A DNA stretch of 64,000 nt, from contig CAYVKP010000001.1 of NCBI GenBank assembly GCA_964452165.1, positions 76,110-140,109 on the forward strand, read 5' to 3'. The position numbers and the translations under genes were made by a program. The notes beneath the pieces are model-generated. The model was given only the letters and a program-made list of their open reading frames with translations, was not told the DNA's origin and made no database searches. Of this stretch, positions 1-9,173 are shown in pieces; position 1 is the stretch's first letter, and the number at the start of each line of letters is the position of its first letter. The DNA is from an uncultured Gammaproteobacteria bacterium (GTDB lineage: Bacteria; Patescibacteriota; Microgenomatia; Levybacterales; GWA1-39-11).

Positions 1-17
1 GCCTGAAGGCTGCAAAA

Positions 18-1109
18 GTGGTTCCTGCAAAATCTACCAAAAGTTCTAAGGCGGATGATCTTCTAGCACTTGCAAAGAAACGCGGATATATCTCCCAAGA
101 GGAAATTCTGGCTGCCTTTCCAAAACCTGAGGATCACATTCAAGATATTGACTATCTCTATGACCAACTCCTCAAAAAGGGTATAGATATTTTTGAAACG
201 GTTGAAGAGGAAAAAGACTCCCAAAGATCAATTGAAGACCTTGAACGCGAGCTTGAAGCCCTCAATATTATTCAGGGTGGAGCGGTAACTGATCCTGTCC
301 GAATGTATCTTAAGGAGATTGGACGAATTCCACTTTTGACATTCCCTGAAGAAGTAGAACTTGCAAAAAGAATTGAAAAAGGTGATGAGCGCGCAAGAAA
401 GAAATTAGTCGAGTCTAATTTACGTCTGGTAGTCTCGATTGCCAAAAAGTATGTTGGTCGTGGAATGACTTTACTCGATTTAATTCAGGAAGGAAATCAG
501 GGATTAATCAGGGCCGTAGAAAAATATGACTGGAAAAAGGGTTTTAAATTCTCAACTTATGCAACCTGGTGGATACGTCAGGCAATAACCCGTGCAATTG
601 CTGATCAAGCAAGAACTATTCGTATTCCGGTTCACATGGTTGAGAATATCAACCGGTTTATGAGAGTTCAGAGAAAACTCATGCAAGAGCTTGGTCGACA
701 ACCAACACCAGAAGAGATCTCTGAAATTCTTGAGATAGATCCGGAAAAAGCACGCGAAATTATCAAAATTTCCCAGCAACCAGCCTCACTCGATACTCCG
801 GTTGGAGATGAGGAAGATTCATATCTTGGAGATTTCATTTACGATATTACAGCGCCAACCTTATTTGATACTGCTTCCCGAGGACTTTTGAAAGAACAGT
901 TAAATTCTGTTTTATCAACCTTATCTGATCGCGAAAGAAGAGTACTTGAAGAAAGATTTGGACTTAGAGATGGAAAACCAAAGACACTTGAAGAAGTTGG
1001 ACGCATGTTTGCTGTTACACGTGAACGTATTCGTCAAATTGAGGCAAAGGCCTTGAGAAAACTTCGCCACCCCTCCCGCGGCAACAAACTCAGGGATTAT
1101 TTGGAGTAA
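18..1109 (+). CDS. rpoD: RNA polymerase sigma-70 factor RpoD; possibly 5'-truncated by the window edge (no in-frame stop upstream of 18)
   Basis: Region 2 motif [56 protein letters not shown], plus regions 3 and 4 ([30 protein letters not shown]). The reading frame is open back to nt 3. Confidence 0.9.
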   Translation: MVPAKSTKSSKADDLLALAKKRGYISQEEILAAFPKPEDHIQDIDYLYDQLLKKGIDIFETVEEEKDSQRSIEDLERELEALNIIQGGAVTDPVRMYLKEIGRIPLLTFPEEVELAKRIEKGDERARKKLVESNLRLVVSIAKKYVGRGMTLLDLIQEGNQGLIRAVEKYDWKKGFKFSTYATWWIRQAITRAIADQARTIRIPVHMVENINRFMRVQRKLMQELGRQPTPEEISEILEIDPEKAREIIKISQQPASLDTPVGDEEDSYLGDFIYDITAPTLFDTASRGLLKEQLNSVLSTLSDRERRVLEERFGLRDGKPKTLEEVGRMFAVTRERIRQIEAKALRKLRHPSRGNKLRDYLE

Positions 1110-1860
1110 TACTTGAAAGATCTATTTCTTTTGACTTTTGAATCAGTGAATCTAGAACTGAACCACAAACCTCATAATCTCCTACGCTCATCTCACTTAC
1201 AACAACATCGTGATACATTCGTTCCGGACTTATGCGGGGTCGCGGGTCGCTTATAGAATCGGGAATCATACTCGATTTATATACCTTATTATCTTCACCC
1301 AAGGCGTAATATGTTCCCGCGTTGTACTGTATATAACCATCTCCCTCTTCTTGTGCAAGGTTTCTAATTCCCTCTTGAACGTGAGAATCCGTAACAAGAC
1401 CCGCTATGTATAGATATGCCGTCTCAGGAGCACCCCTGGTGAATGGGGATGGTTCTTGTTTTTTTTCACCATGATTAACTGAAAAGGTAATCTCTGCCCC
1501 ATTTGAGTCCTCTTGACCGGGAAGAATTATAGATTCATTGGATACTATTAAGGAACTGTCTACGTCTTGGTCTTCTTCCTCTGGATAATGTGCTATTTCA
1601 AAATCTCCGGCGTGAAATTCACCCCTGTTTACTTTAGTTTTATCTAACCATTTAATTAGAACTTCCATCTTGGCTCGCAAAATTTCGTCTGGATCAATCT
1701 TTTCCACTTCAGGCTCCTCGACGGGCGAGTTTCTTACTATTTCATGCGCCTTCTGCTGATCTTCTTTAAGTCTATCCTTTATAGATCTGTACCCGGGGCG
1801 CTTACTCGGAGTGACATAGGGTTCTTTTTTAGGAATATCGTTAGAGCCTGCTTCATTCAT
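1090..1860 (-). CDS. hypothetical acidic protein, no recognised domain; 3' end overlaps rpoD convergently by 20 nt
   Basis: 256-aa ORF with coding-like composition; function not recognised. Confidence 0.5.
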   Translation of the reverse strand: MNEAGSNDIPKKEPYVTPSKRPGYRSIKDRLKEDQQKAHEIVRNSPVEEPEVEKIDPDEILRAKMEVLIKWLDKTKVNRGEFHAGDFEIAHYPEEEDQDVDSSLIVSNESIILPGQEDSNGAEITFSVNHGEKKQEPSPFTRGAPETAYLYIAGLVTDSHVQEGIRNLAQEEGDGYIQYNAGTYYALGEDNKVYKSSMIPDSISDPRPRISPERMYHDVVVSEMSVGDYEVCGSVLDSLIQKSKEIDLSSITPNNP

Positions 1861-1964
1861 AAAACAATATTAGCACAACCGTTAGGATTATTTAAGTGAA
1901 AGCAATTTACAATCAGCCTTGGGTCTTATATAATTCAAAAGTTACGAACTATTTTTCGTAGTAT

Positions 1965-2036
1965 TCCCCTGTAGCTCAATGGTAGAGCAGGAAGCTGTTA
2001 ACTTCAAGGTTTGAGGTTCGAATCCTCACGGGGGAG
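1965..2036 (+). tRNA. tRNA-Asn (anticodon GTT); CCA not encoded
   Basis: Hand-folded cloverleaf. Acceptor stem tcccctg/cggggga with one G-U pair. D arm gctc/gagc. Anticodon loop cuGUUaa with U33 and A37. T arm tgagg-TTCGAAT-cctca. Discriminator G. Confidence 0.85.
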
Positions 2037-2055
2037 CAAGTTAAACTTACAACAT

Positions 2056-2376
2056 ATGTCACCAATAATTTATAAGAAAACACAAATAATTAAGGCTCCT
2101 ATTGATAAAGTTTTCGGAACAATTATTGATATTGGAAATTTTCCCAAATGGAACCCAACTACGCCACAGGCGCGGAAGATCAGCAGGGGTAAAATCAGTC
2201 AAGGAAGTGAGTTTGAGATGAAGGTGCGCGGGTTTGGAATGGTTAAACAAACCCTTGATGAGTTTGAGAATAATAAACGGGTGATGATTGTCCCGCATAT
2301 TAAAGTGCTTGGTGGAGGTCACCGTTTTATCTTAAAAAAACTGGTCCAAATCAAACACAAGTTAAGCACGAGATGA
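2056..2376 (+). CDS. SRPBCC (polyketide-cyclase/START-like) family protein
   Basis: PIDKVFGTIIDIGNFPKWNP-type N-terminus typical of the Polyketide_cyc2/SRPBCC fold. Start moved to the ATG at 2056 because the longer ORF would begin inside the tRNA. Confidence 0.5.
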   Translation: MSPIIYKKTQIIKAPIDKVFGTIIDIGNFPKWNPTTPQARKISRGKISQGSEFEMKVRGFGMVKQTLDEFENNKRVMIVPHIKVLGGGHRFILKKLVQIKHKLSTR

Positions 2377-2557
2377 TTATGATTCCAAAAGGAGTTTTTA
2401 TCCTCTTTTCTCCATTCATGAAAATGATGGGAGCAAAAAACGTTAATGCGCTAGCTGACAGCTTGCAAAAATATCTTGAAAAGAATTAAGAGTGCGATTA
2501 GATAGTTGCAACATTTTTGGCAAGGGTCCTAAACTGACTCTCTGCTATAATCTCCCC

Positions 2558-2959
2558 ATGAAAAAGATTTACTCTTCGGATAAAGTATATGTCAAACAAT
2601 CAGGAATTGTGAATGCCGGCCGGGGAGTCTACGCTGCGCATGATATCAAAAAAAACGAACTTATTGAAAAATGCCCTGCTATTGAAGTCCCAAAAAATGA
2701 TCTATCTAATTTAAACGAAAGTTTTCTCGTTACTTATTTTTTCTATTTTGGCAAGAATAAGGAGCGCCTGGCAGTAGCATTGGGTTTTGGGTCAATATAC
2801 AACCATGCGCACGAACCTAACGCAACATACAAAATAAACGGGTCGGAGGGGACAATCGATTTTATAGCTTTGAGGGGCATTAAAAAAGATCAGGAGATAA
2901 CATTCAACTACAAGCAGGGGAATCCAAAAAATAAAAATCCGCTATGGTTTGAGGAATAA
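2558..2959 (+). CDS. SET-domain protein (putative lysine methyltransferase)
   Basis: SET signatures GRGVYAAHDIKKNELIEKCP ... GSIYNHAHEPNATY ... FIALRGIKKDQEITFNY. ATG 2558 sits 7 nt after a TGcTATAAT extended -10 (leaderless). Confidence 0.7.
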   Translation: MKKIYSSDKVYVKQSGIVNAGRGVYAAHDIKKNELIEKCPAIEVPKNDLSNLNESFLVTYFFYFGKNKERLAVALGFGSIYNHAHEPNATYKINGSEGTIDFIALRGIKKDQEITFNYKQGNPKNKNPLWFEE

Positions 2960-2983
2960 TAATTTTAGATGGCGTCTACTTAG

Positions 2984-3826
2984 TTAGAGTGCTGGGGGAC
3001 GTTGGTATTCTTGGGGGAAATCTTTTGTGTAAGGAAGTTCTCCAAGCGCCGAGTACTTCTCATTAAGTCCGTGGAGCATTCTCATATCCCCCTCCTCAAT
3101 TTCAAAATCAAAAACGTTAAGGTCTTCTTCCAGGTGCTGTTTCTCATTGGCTTTTGAGATGGGGACGGTGCCAATCTGTAAATTCCACCGTATTAGAATC
3201 TGCGCCGGTGTCTTTCCATACTTTTCGGCCATATCGTCGAGTACCGGGTCATCAAGCTTGGTTCCACGAGTAAGAGAACTATACGCCTGTATCACAATAT
3301 TGTGGTCAACGCAGTATTTCATCATCTTGTCGGAATGACCGAAAGGCGTCCATTCAATTTGATTAACAACCGGGATCTCGCCGGTCACTCCAATCAACCT
3401 GTCAATAAGCTCTGCCGTATAGTTACTTACTCCAATATCCCGCACTAGTCCTTCTTTTTTTGCCCGGATTAAATCTTCCCACAACTTTTCCCCCGCTCCG
3501 TGCTCGGGCGGCCGGTGAATCAACATGAGGTCAGCATAATCAAGGTCAAGCTCTGAAAGGTTTGATTTAACACGTTCGTACGCGTTATCCGTCTCCTCAA
3601 CCTTTGTAACAAGGTAAATCTTATCTCGCGCAATGCCGCTCCTCTTAATTCCCTGCCCAACGCCCTTTTGAGTTCCATAATCACTTGAGGTATCAATCAT
3701 AGGCCAGCCAATTTTTAGTGCATACTCAATTGTCCCCGCCGTATCATCTGTAAGCTCCCAGGTTCCAAGTCCTAAGGTGGGCATTTTGCTTCCTGTACGT
3801 AGAGCTATCGTTGAGTTTCCAGTCAT
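2984..3826 (-). CDS. aldo/keto reductase family oxidoreductase
   Basis: AKR motifs (LGLGTW, IDTSSDYG, LMLIHRPP, IGVSNY) across the full length. Confidence 0.85.
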   Translation of the reverse strand: MTGNSTIALRTGSKMPTLGLGTWELTDDTAGTIEYALKIGWPMIDTSSDYGTQKGVGQGIKRSGIARDKIYLVTKVEETDNAYERVKSNLSELDLDYADLMLIHRPPEHGAGEKLWEDLIRAKKEGLVRDIGVSNYTAELIDRLIGVTGEIPVVNQIEWTPFGHSDKMMKYCVDHNIVIQAYSSLTRGTKLDDPVLDDMAEKYGKTPAQILIRWNLQIGTVPISKANEKQHLEEDLNVFDFEIEEGDMRMLHGLNEKYSALGELPYTKDFPQEYQRPPAL

Positions 3827-3950
3827 ACACCAATGATATACGCAGCTTGTAAGTTTGAGTATCGAGGAGAGTAAAAAAATAGTAAGTCTTACTTTTCCTT
3901 AACACGATTCTTCTTTTCAAAGGCTGGTTATTTTGCTATACTTGCTCCAC

Positions 3951-4379
3951 GTGAATGCAAAAATTACCCCATATTTAGCTTTTGACAAAAAAACTCGTGA
4001 GGCAATGGAGTTCTACAAATCCGTTCTAGGAGGCGAACTCACAATGCAGACATTTGGCGAATCGGGCCAATCTAAAAATGATAGCGAAAAGGATTTAATA
4101 ATGCACGCAGACCTCAAAAATGGCGAGCTTTCTTTTATGGCAAGTGACGGAAATCAAGAGAAGCCCGTACACATGGGAGACAATATCTCAATGAGCATCG
4201 CGGGAGACGACGAGGCAAAATTAACCGAATATTTCAATGGTTTAGCTGAGGGTGGAAAAGTCACCATGCCGCTTGCCAAGCAATTCTGGGGAGATACTTT
4301 TGGAATGTTAACTGATAAATTCGGAGTTAATTGGATGGTTAATATCTCATCCGGCCAACCTTTTCAAACAAAAAAATAA
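3951..4379 (+). CDS. VOC-superfamily PhnB/YjdN-like (3-demethylubiquinone-9 3-methyltransferase-domain) protein
   Basis: N-terminus (V)NAKITPYLAFD...AMEFYKSV, typical of PF06983/glyoxalase-like proteins. GTG start 8 nt after the TATACT -10 (leaderless); the ORF track begins at 3933. Confidence 0.65.
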   Translation: MNAKITPYLAFDKKTREAMEFYKSVLGGELTMQTFGESGQSKNDSEKDLIMHADLKNGELSFMASDGNQEKPVHMGDNISMSIAGDDEAKLTEYFNGLAEGGKVTMPLAKQFWGDTFGMLTDKFGVNWMVNISSGQPFQTKK

Positions 4380-4380
4380 T

Positions 4381-4791
4381 ATGAAAACAAACCCCGTAGT
4401 TCACTTCGAAATGCCTTACAAAGACCAAAAAAGAGTGGCTGATTTCTATTCCAAAGCTTTTGATTGGAAAATGCAGGTAATGGGAGCTGATATGAGCAAC
4501 TATGTAGTTGCCGTAACAGGAGAGCAGGATGAGAAAACTAGGAGACCAAAGACTCCGGGAGAGATTAACGGTGGATTTTTTGAAAGATCTGAGGAGAATA
4601 ATCTTCCCTCTGTTGTAATTTCGGTTGAAAATATTACTGATGCAATGAAAAATGTTGAATCAGCAGGTGGCAAAATTTTAAAACAACCCCAGGAGATTCC
4701 GGGAATCGGGAATTGGGCAGTATTTGAAGATACAGAAGGCAACCGCGTAAGTATTCTTCAGCCATTTCCTATGATGGAAATGCCGAAATAA
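4381..4791 (+). CDS. VOC/glyoxalase-bleomycin-resistance family protein
   Basis: HFEMPYKDQKRVADFYSKAFDW beta-alpha-beta-beta-beta module pattern. Confidence 0.65.
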   Translation: MKTNPVVHFEMPYKDQKRVADFYSKAFDWKMQVMGADMSNYVVAVTGEQDEKTRRPKTPGEINGGFFERSEENNLPSVVISVENITDAMKNVESAGGKILKQPQEIPGIGNWAVFEDTEGNRVSILQPFPMMEMPK

Positions 4792-4800
4792 ACAGTAATC

Positions 4801-5487
4801 ATGTATCTTCAGCTTTTAGAGAAAAGGCAAGAACTTGAGGGCGTAACCTCATTCTTTTTTGAGCCAGAAAGCCCAATTGAGTGGCAAGCAGGCCAATATA
4901 TTCATTATGTCTTGCATCACCTGCCCACAGACGACCGCGGATCTGACCGTTGGTTTACAAATTCTGCGGCACCATTTGAAAAAAACGTAAGAATAACCAC
5001 CAGATTTGCAACAGATAAGGGAAGTTCTTTTAAAAAAGCGCTCGATGGTATAAAAATAGGAAAGTGGATTGAAATATCTGTTGTTGAAGGTGATTTCACT
5101 CTTGAGGATCCGGAGCGCGAATATGTTTTTTTGGCCGGTGGAATCGGTGTAACACCCTACAGATCAATAATAACGCAGCTTGCACACGATAAGAAACCCA
5201 TAAATATTACTCTTCTTTATGCAAATCGAGATGAAAATATAGTTTTCAAAGATGAACTTGAAAAAATCGCAAAAGATAACCCCAATTTTAAAATCCACTA
5301 TATTATTTCACCAGAACATATTGACGAGGCGAAAGTAAAAGAATTTGTCCCGGACATTAAAAAACCTATTTTTTATGTCTCAGGACCCGAACCTATGGTT
5401 GATAGTCTTTCCGAGATGCTTGAAAAGATGGGAATCCCGAAAGATAATATTAAGCAAGATTCCTTCCCGGGATATCCAGGTGAATAA
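4801..5487 (+). CDS. FAD/NAD(P)-binding oxidoreductase (ferredoxin-NADP reductase-like)
   Basis: GGIGVTP NAD-binding motif; FNR-like domain order. Confidence 0.7.
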   Translation: MYLQLLEKRQELEGVTSFFFEPESPIEWQAGQYIHYVLHHLPTDDRGSDRWFTNSAAPFEKNVRITTRFATDKGSSFKKALDGIKIGKWIEISVVEGDFTLEDPEREYVFLAGGIGVTPYRSIITQLAHDKKPINITLLYANRDENIVFKDELEKIAKDNPNFKIHYIISPEHIDEAKVKEFVPDIKKPIFYVSGPEPMVDSLSEMLEKMGIPKDNIKQDSFPGYPGE

Positions 5488-5577
5488 TAAAGAGAAGATT
5501 TGCAGTCGCGGTCATAAATATCAGGGCAAACCCCCTTGTCCTGTTTGTTATCCGGGATTTTACAAAAAGAAGAAAAA

Positions 5578-6630
5578 CTAGTTTGCTTTTCCTATTTCAA
5601 AAATAGAAAGTAGTCCAACGATTCCATTTTCATAATCTTTTAAATCCTTGGCACGCATCTCCTTCTTAAATTTCTCGTGAGTATTTAAATTGGAGAGAGT
5701 ATAACCTTGGGTGTATGCATCAAAAACCGCCGGATGAATGTAATATTTGCGGCAAGTTGAAGGAAGATTTCTGAGATGTTTTGCAACCTGTTTTACGATA
5801 TCGCTTGTCGTCTTTTTAATTGCTGCTTTGTTATTCTGCAGTCCAAAGCGATCGAGCATTTCTGCGGCCAAAACAGTCCCGGCCCAAGTTCTAAAATCTT
5901 TAGCCGTTATGTCTTCTCCAGCTATCTGCCTTAGATACTCATTAATGTCTTGAGATGTAACCACCTGCATTTGCCCCTCTTCATCTTTGTATTCAAACAA
6001 ATCTTGGCCGGGTAGGTCCTGACATTGTTTTATAATCTTAGCAACACGGCGACTTTTAATCTCTACCTTATGGTAGACTCCGCTTTTTCCCTTAAAAGCA
6101 AACTTTACCTCTCCTCCCCAGATGTCAACGTGACGATTCTTAAGAGTAGTGAGACCATAAGACTTGTTGTCTTCTTCATATTCTTCGTTTCCAACACGAA
6201 TTAACGTATTTTCAAGAAGCCAAACAACTGTTGCCAAAACTTTTTCGCGGGTCAAACCCTTTCTTTCAAGGACATTATCAACGTGGTTGCGAATTTTCGG
6301 TAAAACTTTTGCAAACTCAAGCATATGCTCAAACTTTTTTTGCTGCGAAACTTCTGTCCAAAGAGGATGATACCTATATTGCTTGCGGCCGCGGTCGTCT
6401 ACTCCCGTTGCTTGAAGGTGACCATTTCTATACGGACAAATCCATACGTCGTGCCATGCCGGGGGAATAGCAAGAGAATTAATCTTTTCGATTATATTTT
6501 TATCGGTAATTTTTCCTCCTTGAGTATCAAAATAGTAATAAGTTTCTCCGTTTTTCTTTCTTGTGTAACCGTGGCCTGTGCCCTGCGAGTACCGGAGACT
6601 TGCTTGATCAAGTAATTCTTCTGTGGACAT
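5578..6630 (-). CDS. DNA topoisomerase IB (poxvirus/Deinococcus-type TopIB)
   Basis: ATGVDDRGRKQYRYHPLW, KDFRTWAGT and active-site-region motifs of bacterial TopIB. Start taken at the ATG at 6630 (MSTEELL). The track ORF extends to 6714. Confidence 0.8.
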   Translation of the reverse strand: MSTEELLDQASLRYSQGTGHGYTRKKNGETYYYFDTQGGKITDKNIIEKINSLAIPPAWHDVWICPYRNGHLQATGVDDRGRKQYRYHPLWTEVSQQKKFEHMLEFAKVLPKIRNHVDNVLERKGLTREKVLATVVWLLENTLIRVGNEEYEEDNKSYGLTTLKNRHVDIWGGEVKFAFKGKSGVYHKVEIKSRRVAKIIKQCQDLPGQDLFEYKDEEGQMQVVTSQDINEYLRQIAGEDITAKDFRTWAGTVLAAEMLDRFGLQNNKAAIKKTTSDIVKQVAKHLRNLPSTCRKYYIHPAVFDAYTQGYTLSNLNTHEKFKKEMRAKDLKDYENGIVGLLSIFEIGKAN

Positions 6631-6667
6631 TAAAAAATTATAGCATTTCAAGTGATATAATCTTCGG

Positions 6668-7138
6668 GTGAAATACGTTGCGCTTATTCGCGGAGTTGGC
6701 CCCGGCAATCCCAATATGCATCAGGCAAGGCTCAAAGAATTCTTTGAAAGCCTTGGATTTACGGGCGTTAAGCCGGTTATTTCGAGCGGAAATGTAGTCT
6801 TTGAGAGTGATTCGAACAATGCGAAAACACTCGAAGATAAAATCGAGGAGGAGCTGCCAAAGAAATTAGGTTTCTTGCGAACGGTTATTGTCCGCTCGGA
6901 ATCAGAACTCAAGAAGTTGATAGCAGGTGATCCATACAAAGGCATAGAAGACACGCTGCCAAATTATCTTCTCGTTACTTTTTTCAAAGATAGAAAACCG
7001 GAGTTGTGTTCGGTAATCAACATGAACTCAGGTAGAACTCCTGACTTCATGGCAAGGATTGAACGAGAACATGGGAAGGAAGTTACCTCCCGCACATGGA
7101 AAACCGTCAATCGAATTTTAAAAGCGATGGCAAAATAG
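6668..7138 (+). CDS. DUF1697 family protein
   Basis: MKYVALIRGVGPGNPNM...SSGNVVFES matches the DUF1697 N-terminal signature. GTG start 7 nt after TGATATAAT. Confidence 0.7.
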   Translation: MKYVALIRGVGPGNPNMHQARLKEFFESLGFTGVKPVISSGNVVFESDSNNAKTLEDKIEEELPKKLGFLRTVIVRSESELKKLIAGDPYKGIEDTLPNYLLVTFFKDRKPELCSVINMNSGRTPDFMARIEREHGKEVTSRTWKTVNRILKAMAK

Positions 7139-7151
7139 CTTTTGGTATAAT
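7131..7151 (+). promoter_or_regulatory. degenerate copy of the iterated promoter box (gcaaaatagcttttgGTATAAT) before gene 7158
   Basis: Extended -10 TGgTATAAT; ATG 6 nt downstream. Confidence 0.45.
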
Positions 7152-7157
7152 TGCCCC

Positions 7158-8009
7158 ATGAAGCGCGAAGAAGGATTTCTTAAAACCTCTGGCGGAAAGG
7201 TTTGGTATGAAATAGTTGGCGATTCCGTCAAAACCCCACTCCTTGTGATCCACGGAGGGCCGGGATATCCCCATGACTATTTGGAGCCGCTGTCTGATTT
7301 GGCTAACTCGCGAAAAGTCATTTTTTATGATCAACTCGATTGTGGAAATTCCCAACGGGTAAAAAATAAATCGCTTTGGACACTCGAATATTTTACTGAA
7401 GAACTCGAACAGCTCACGAAGGAGCTTGGCTTAAAACAGTACCATATCTTGGGCCATTCCTGGGGATCAGGCTTGGGACTTGCCTTTGCGCTTAAAAAAC
7501 CCAAAGGTCTTTCGGGTCTGATTTTGGCTGACCCATATATCAGCACACCTCTGTGGGAAAAGGATGCAATGAAACTACTCGGAAAGTTTTCAAAAAAAAT
7601 GCGGGAGACGTTATTAAAAAATGATGCCGAATCAGAAGGGTACAAAAATGCCTGGAGGCAGTTTTATTACAAGCACGTTTTCATGATGAAAGAGTTACCC
7701 GTGCACGTACTTAAGTCCGAACACAAAATGAACGTAGAACTTTATAATTATATGTGGGGACCTGCTGAATTTAAGCCTACCGGAACGCTCATAGATTTTG
7801 ATTTAGCAGGAAGACTGCACGAAATAAAAATACCGGTTCTTTTACTTTGTGGTCGGTTTGATGAAGCAACTCCAGCAACAGTTGAATATTTTAAAAATCA
7901 AATTCCGAACGCAAAAATGGAAGTGTTTGAGAAAAGCGCCCACTTCCCACACTGGACAGAAAGAAAAGAATACATTGAAACTGTCCGCTCCTTCCTAAAC
8001 AGCCTGTAG
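7158..8009 (+). CDS. alpha/beta hydrolase, proline iminopeptidase (S33) family
   Basis: LLVIHGGPGYPHDY and the GHSWG nucleophile elbow. Confidence 0.8.
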   Translation: MKREEGFLKTSGGKVWYEIVGDSVKTPLLVIHGGPGYPHDYLEPLSDLANSRKVIFYDQLDCGNSQRVKNKSLWTLEYFTEELEQLTKELGLKQYHILGHSWGSGLGLAFALKKPKGLSGLILADPYISTPLWEKDAMKLLGKFSKKMRETLLKNDAESEGYKNAWRQFYYKHVFMMKELPVHVLKSEHKMNVELYNYMWGPAEFKPTGTLIDFDLAGRLHEIKIPVLLLCGRFDEATPATVEYFKNQIPNAKMEVFEKSAHFPHWTERKEYIETVRSFLNSL

Positions 8010-8030
8010 ACAAATTTCTTCTGATATAAT
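8004..8030 (+). promoter_or_regulatory. iterated promoter box copy (cctgtagacaaatttcttcTGaTATAAT) before gene 8037
   Basis: TGnTATAAT extended -10; start codon 6 nt downstream (leaderless). Confidence 0.55.
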
Positions 8031-8036
8031 TGCCTC

Positions 8037-8765
8037 GTGGAAGATTTATTTATTGAAAACGACGGAAATAGGCTTGCTGCAACTATTTTTAGACCGAACG
8101 ATAAAAAGCGCAAAAATCCTGCAATTCTTTTTATTCCCGGCTGGACAGGCGAGCGAAAAAGAAATTTTCAGTTCGCAAAGTCTCTTGTAAAATTAGGCTA
8201 TATTTGTTTTCTGGTAGATTTACGAGGTCATGGAGATAGCGAGGGCGATATTAACAATTCTACTCATCAACAATTCTTAAGCGATGTCTTTGCAGCATAT
8301 GATTATCTTGCGGAGATAGATGGAGTAGACCCTGATAATATCAGCGCTGTTGGCTCAAGTTTTGGCGGATATCTTGCTTCGATCCTTTCATCCAAAAGAA
8401 AAGTTAAGAACTTGGTACTCCGTGTCCCCGCAAACTATCCCAATGATGCTTTTCTCAAGCTTTCAAGAGCCTCAAGCGCGACCAACAGCCCAGAGATAAT
8501 AGAGTGGAGAAAAGAAGCAAGACAGCCGGAAGATACCTATTCCCTTGAAGCGCTACACAATTTCGATGGGAGTGTATTGGTAATTGAATCGGAGCTTGAT
8601 GAATTTGTCCCCCATCAAACAATTGAAAACTACATGAACTCAGTCAAAGATAAGACTAAATTAACGCACGTCTTTATGAAAGACGCACCCCACAGTATAA
8701 GAGAAGGAAAATTCCGAGACGAAGTGGAAAAAATCTACCTCGACTGGTTCCGTAAGACCTTGTAG
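8037..8765 (+). CDS. alpha/beta hydrolase (dienelactone-hydrolase/BAAT-like)
   Basis: GSSFGG nucleophile elbow; ILFIPGWTGERK. GTG start 6 nt after TATAAT. Confidence 0.7.
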   Translation: MEDLFIENDGNRLAATIFRPNDKKRKNPAILFIPGWTGERKRNFQFAKSLVKLGYICFLVDLRGHGDSEGDINNSTHQQFLSDVFAAYDYLAEIDGVDPDNISAVGSSFGGYLASILSSKRKVKNLVLRVPANYPNDAFLKLSRASSATNSPEIIEWRKEARQPEDTYSLEALHNFDGSVLVIESELDEFVPHQTIENYMNSVKDKTKLTHVFMKDAPHSIREGKFRDEVEKIYLDWFRKTL

Positions 8766-8786
8766 ACAAATTTCTTCTGGTATAAT
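8759..8786 (+). promoter_or_regulatory. iterated promoter box copy (ccttgtagacaaatttcttcTGgTATAAT) before gene 8800
   Basis: Near-identical to the copy at 8004. Confidence 0.55.
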
Positions 8787-8799
8787 CAATTTTGAAATC

Positions 8800-9132
8800 A
8801 TGCAGTTTTTAATAATAGGAAAAGACGGGACTGACGAGGAAGGAAAAAACAGAAGAATCGCAGCAAGAGACGCACACATTAAGCTTGGAGATGAGCTTCT
8901 TGCTTCTGGTAATATGTGGTACGGCGCAGCCTTGTTGAACGACAACAATGAAATGATTGGATCAATGCTTCTCATGGACTTTACGTCCGAACAAGCGCTA
9001 CACGATTGGCTTGATAACGAACCCTATGTAACCGGAAAAGTATGGGAGTCAGTAGAAATATCAAAGTGCAATGTCCGGGATCCTTGGCAATTTAGCCGCC
9101 CACAATCCTTCTTTGAATCAAGAAAGAAATAG
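8800..9132 (+). CDS. YciI-like dimeric alpha/beta-barrel protein
   Basis: Pattern RRIAARDAHIKLGDELLASG...GAALLNDNNEMIGSMLLMDFTSEQALHDWLDNEPYV resembles the YciI family. Confidence 0.55.
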   Translation: MQFLIIGKDGTDEEGKNRRIAARDAHIKLGDELLASGNMWYGAALLNDNNEMIGSMLLMDFTSEQALHDWLDNEPYVTGKVWESVEISKCNVRDPWQFSRPQSFFESRKK

Positions 9133-9138
9133 AAACTT

Positions 9139-9166
9139 CTTGTAAACAAATTGCTTCTGATATACT
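9139..9166 (+). promoter_or_regulatory. iterated promoter box copy (cttgtaaacaaattgcttcTGaTATACT) before gene 9174
   Basis: Same box; ATG 7 nt after the -10. Confidence 0.55.
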
Positions 9167-9173
9167 TTTCGTA

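Noticed and set aside
552-779. 75-aa minus-strand ORF inside rpoD
   Set aside because: Antisense to a strongly conserved sigma-70 coding region, so it is a shadow ORF.
2011-2055. Upstream extension of the SRPBCC ORF starting at 2011
   Set aside because: It would begin inside the tRNA-Asn gene (1965..2036), so the downstream ATG at 2056 was used.
5345-5479. 5' part of the 78-aa frame-2 ORF overlapping the FNR-like gene
   Set aside because: Fully embedded in a well-supported CDS in another frame. Only the part after the stop (5480..5581) was kept, as a low-confidence observation.
6631-6714. N-terminal 28-aa extension of the TopIB ORF (MGLPGPT...)
   Set aside because: The extension runs into the promoter region of the divergent DUF1697 gene and has no TopIB similarity. 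The internal ATG (MSTEELL) matches family N-termini better.
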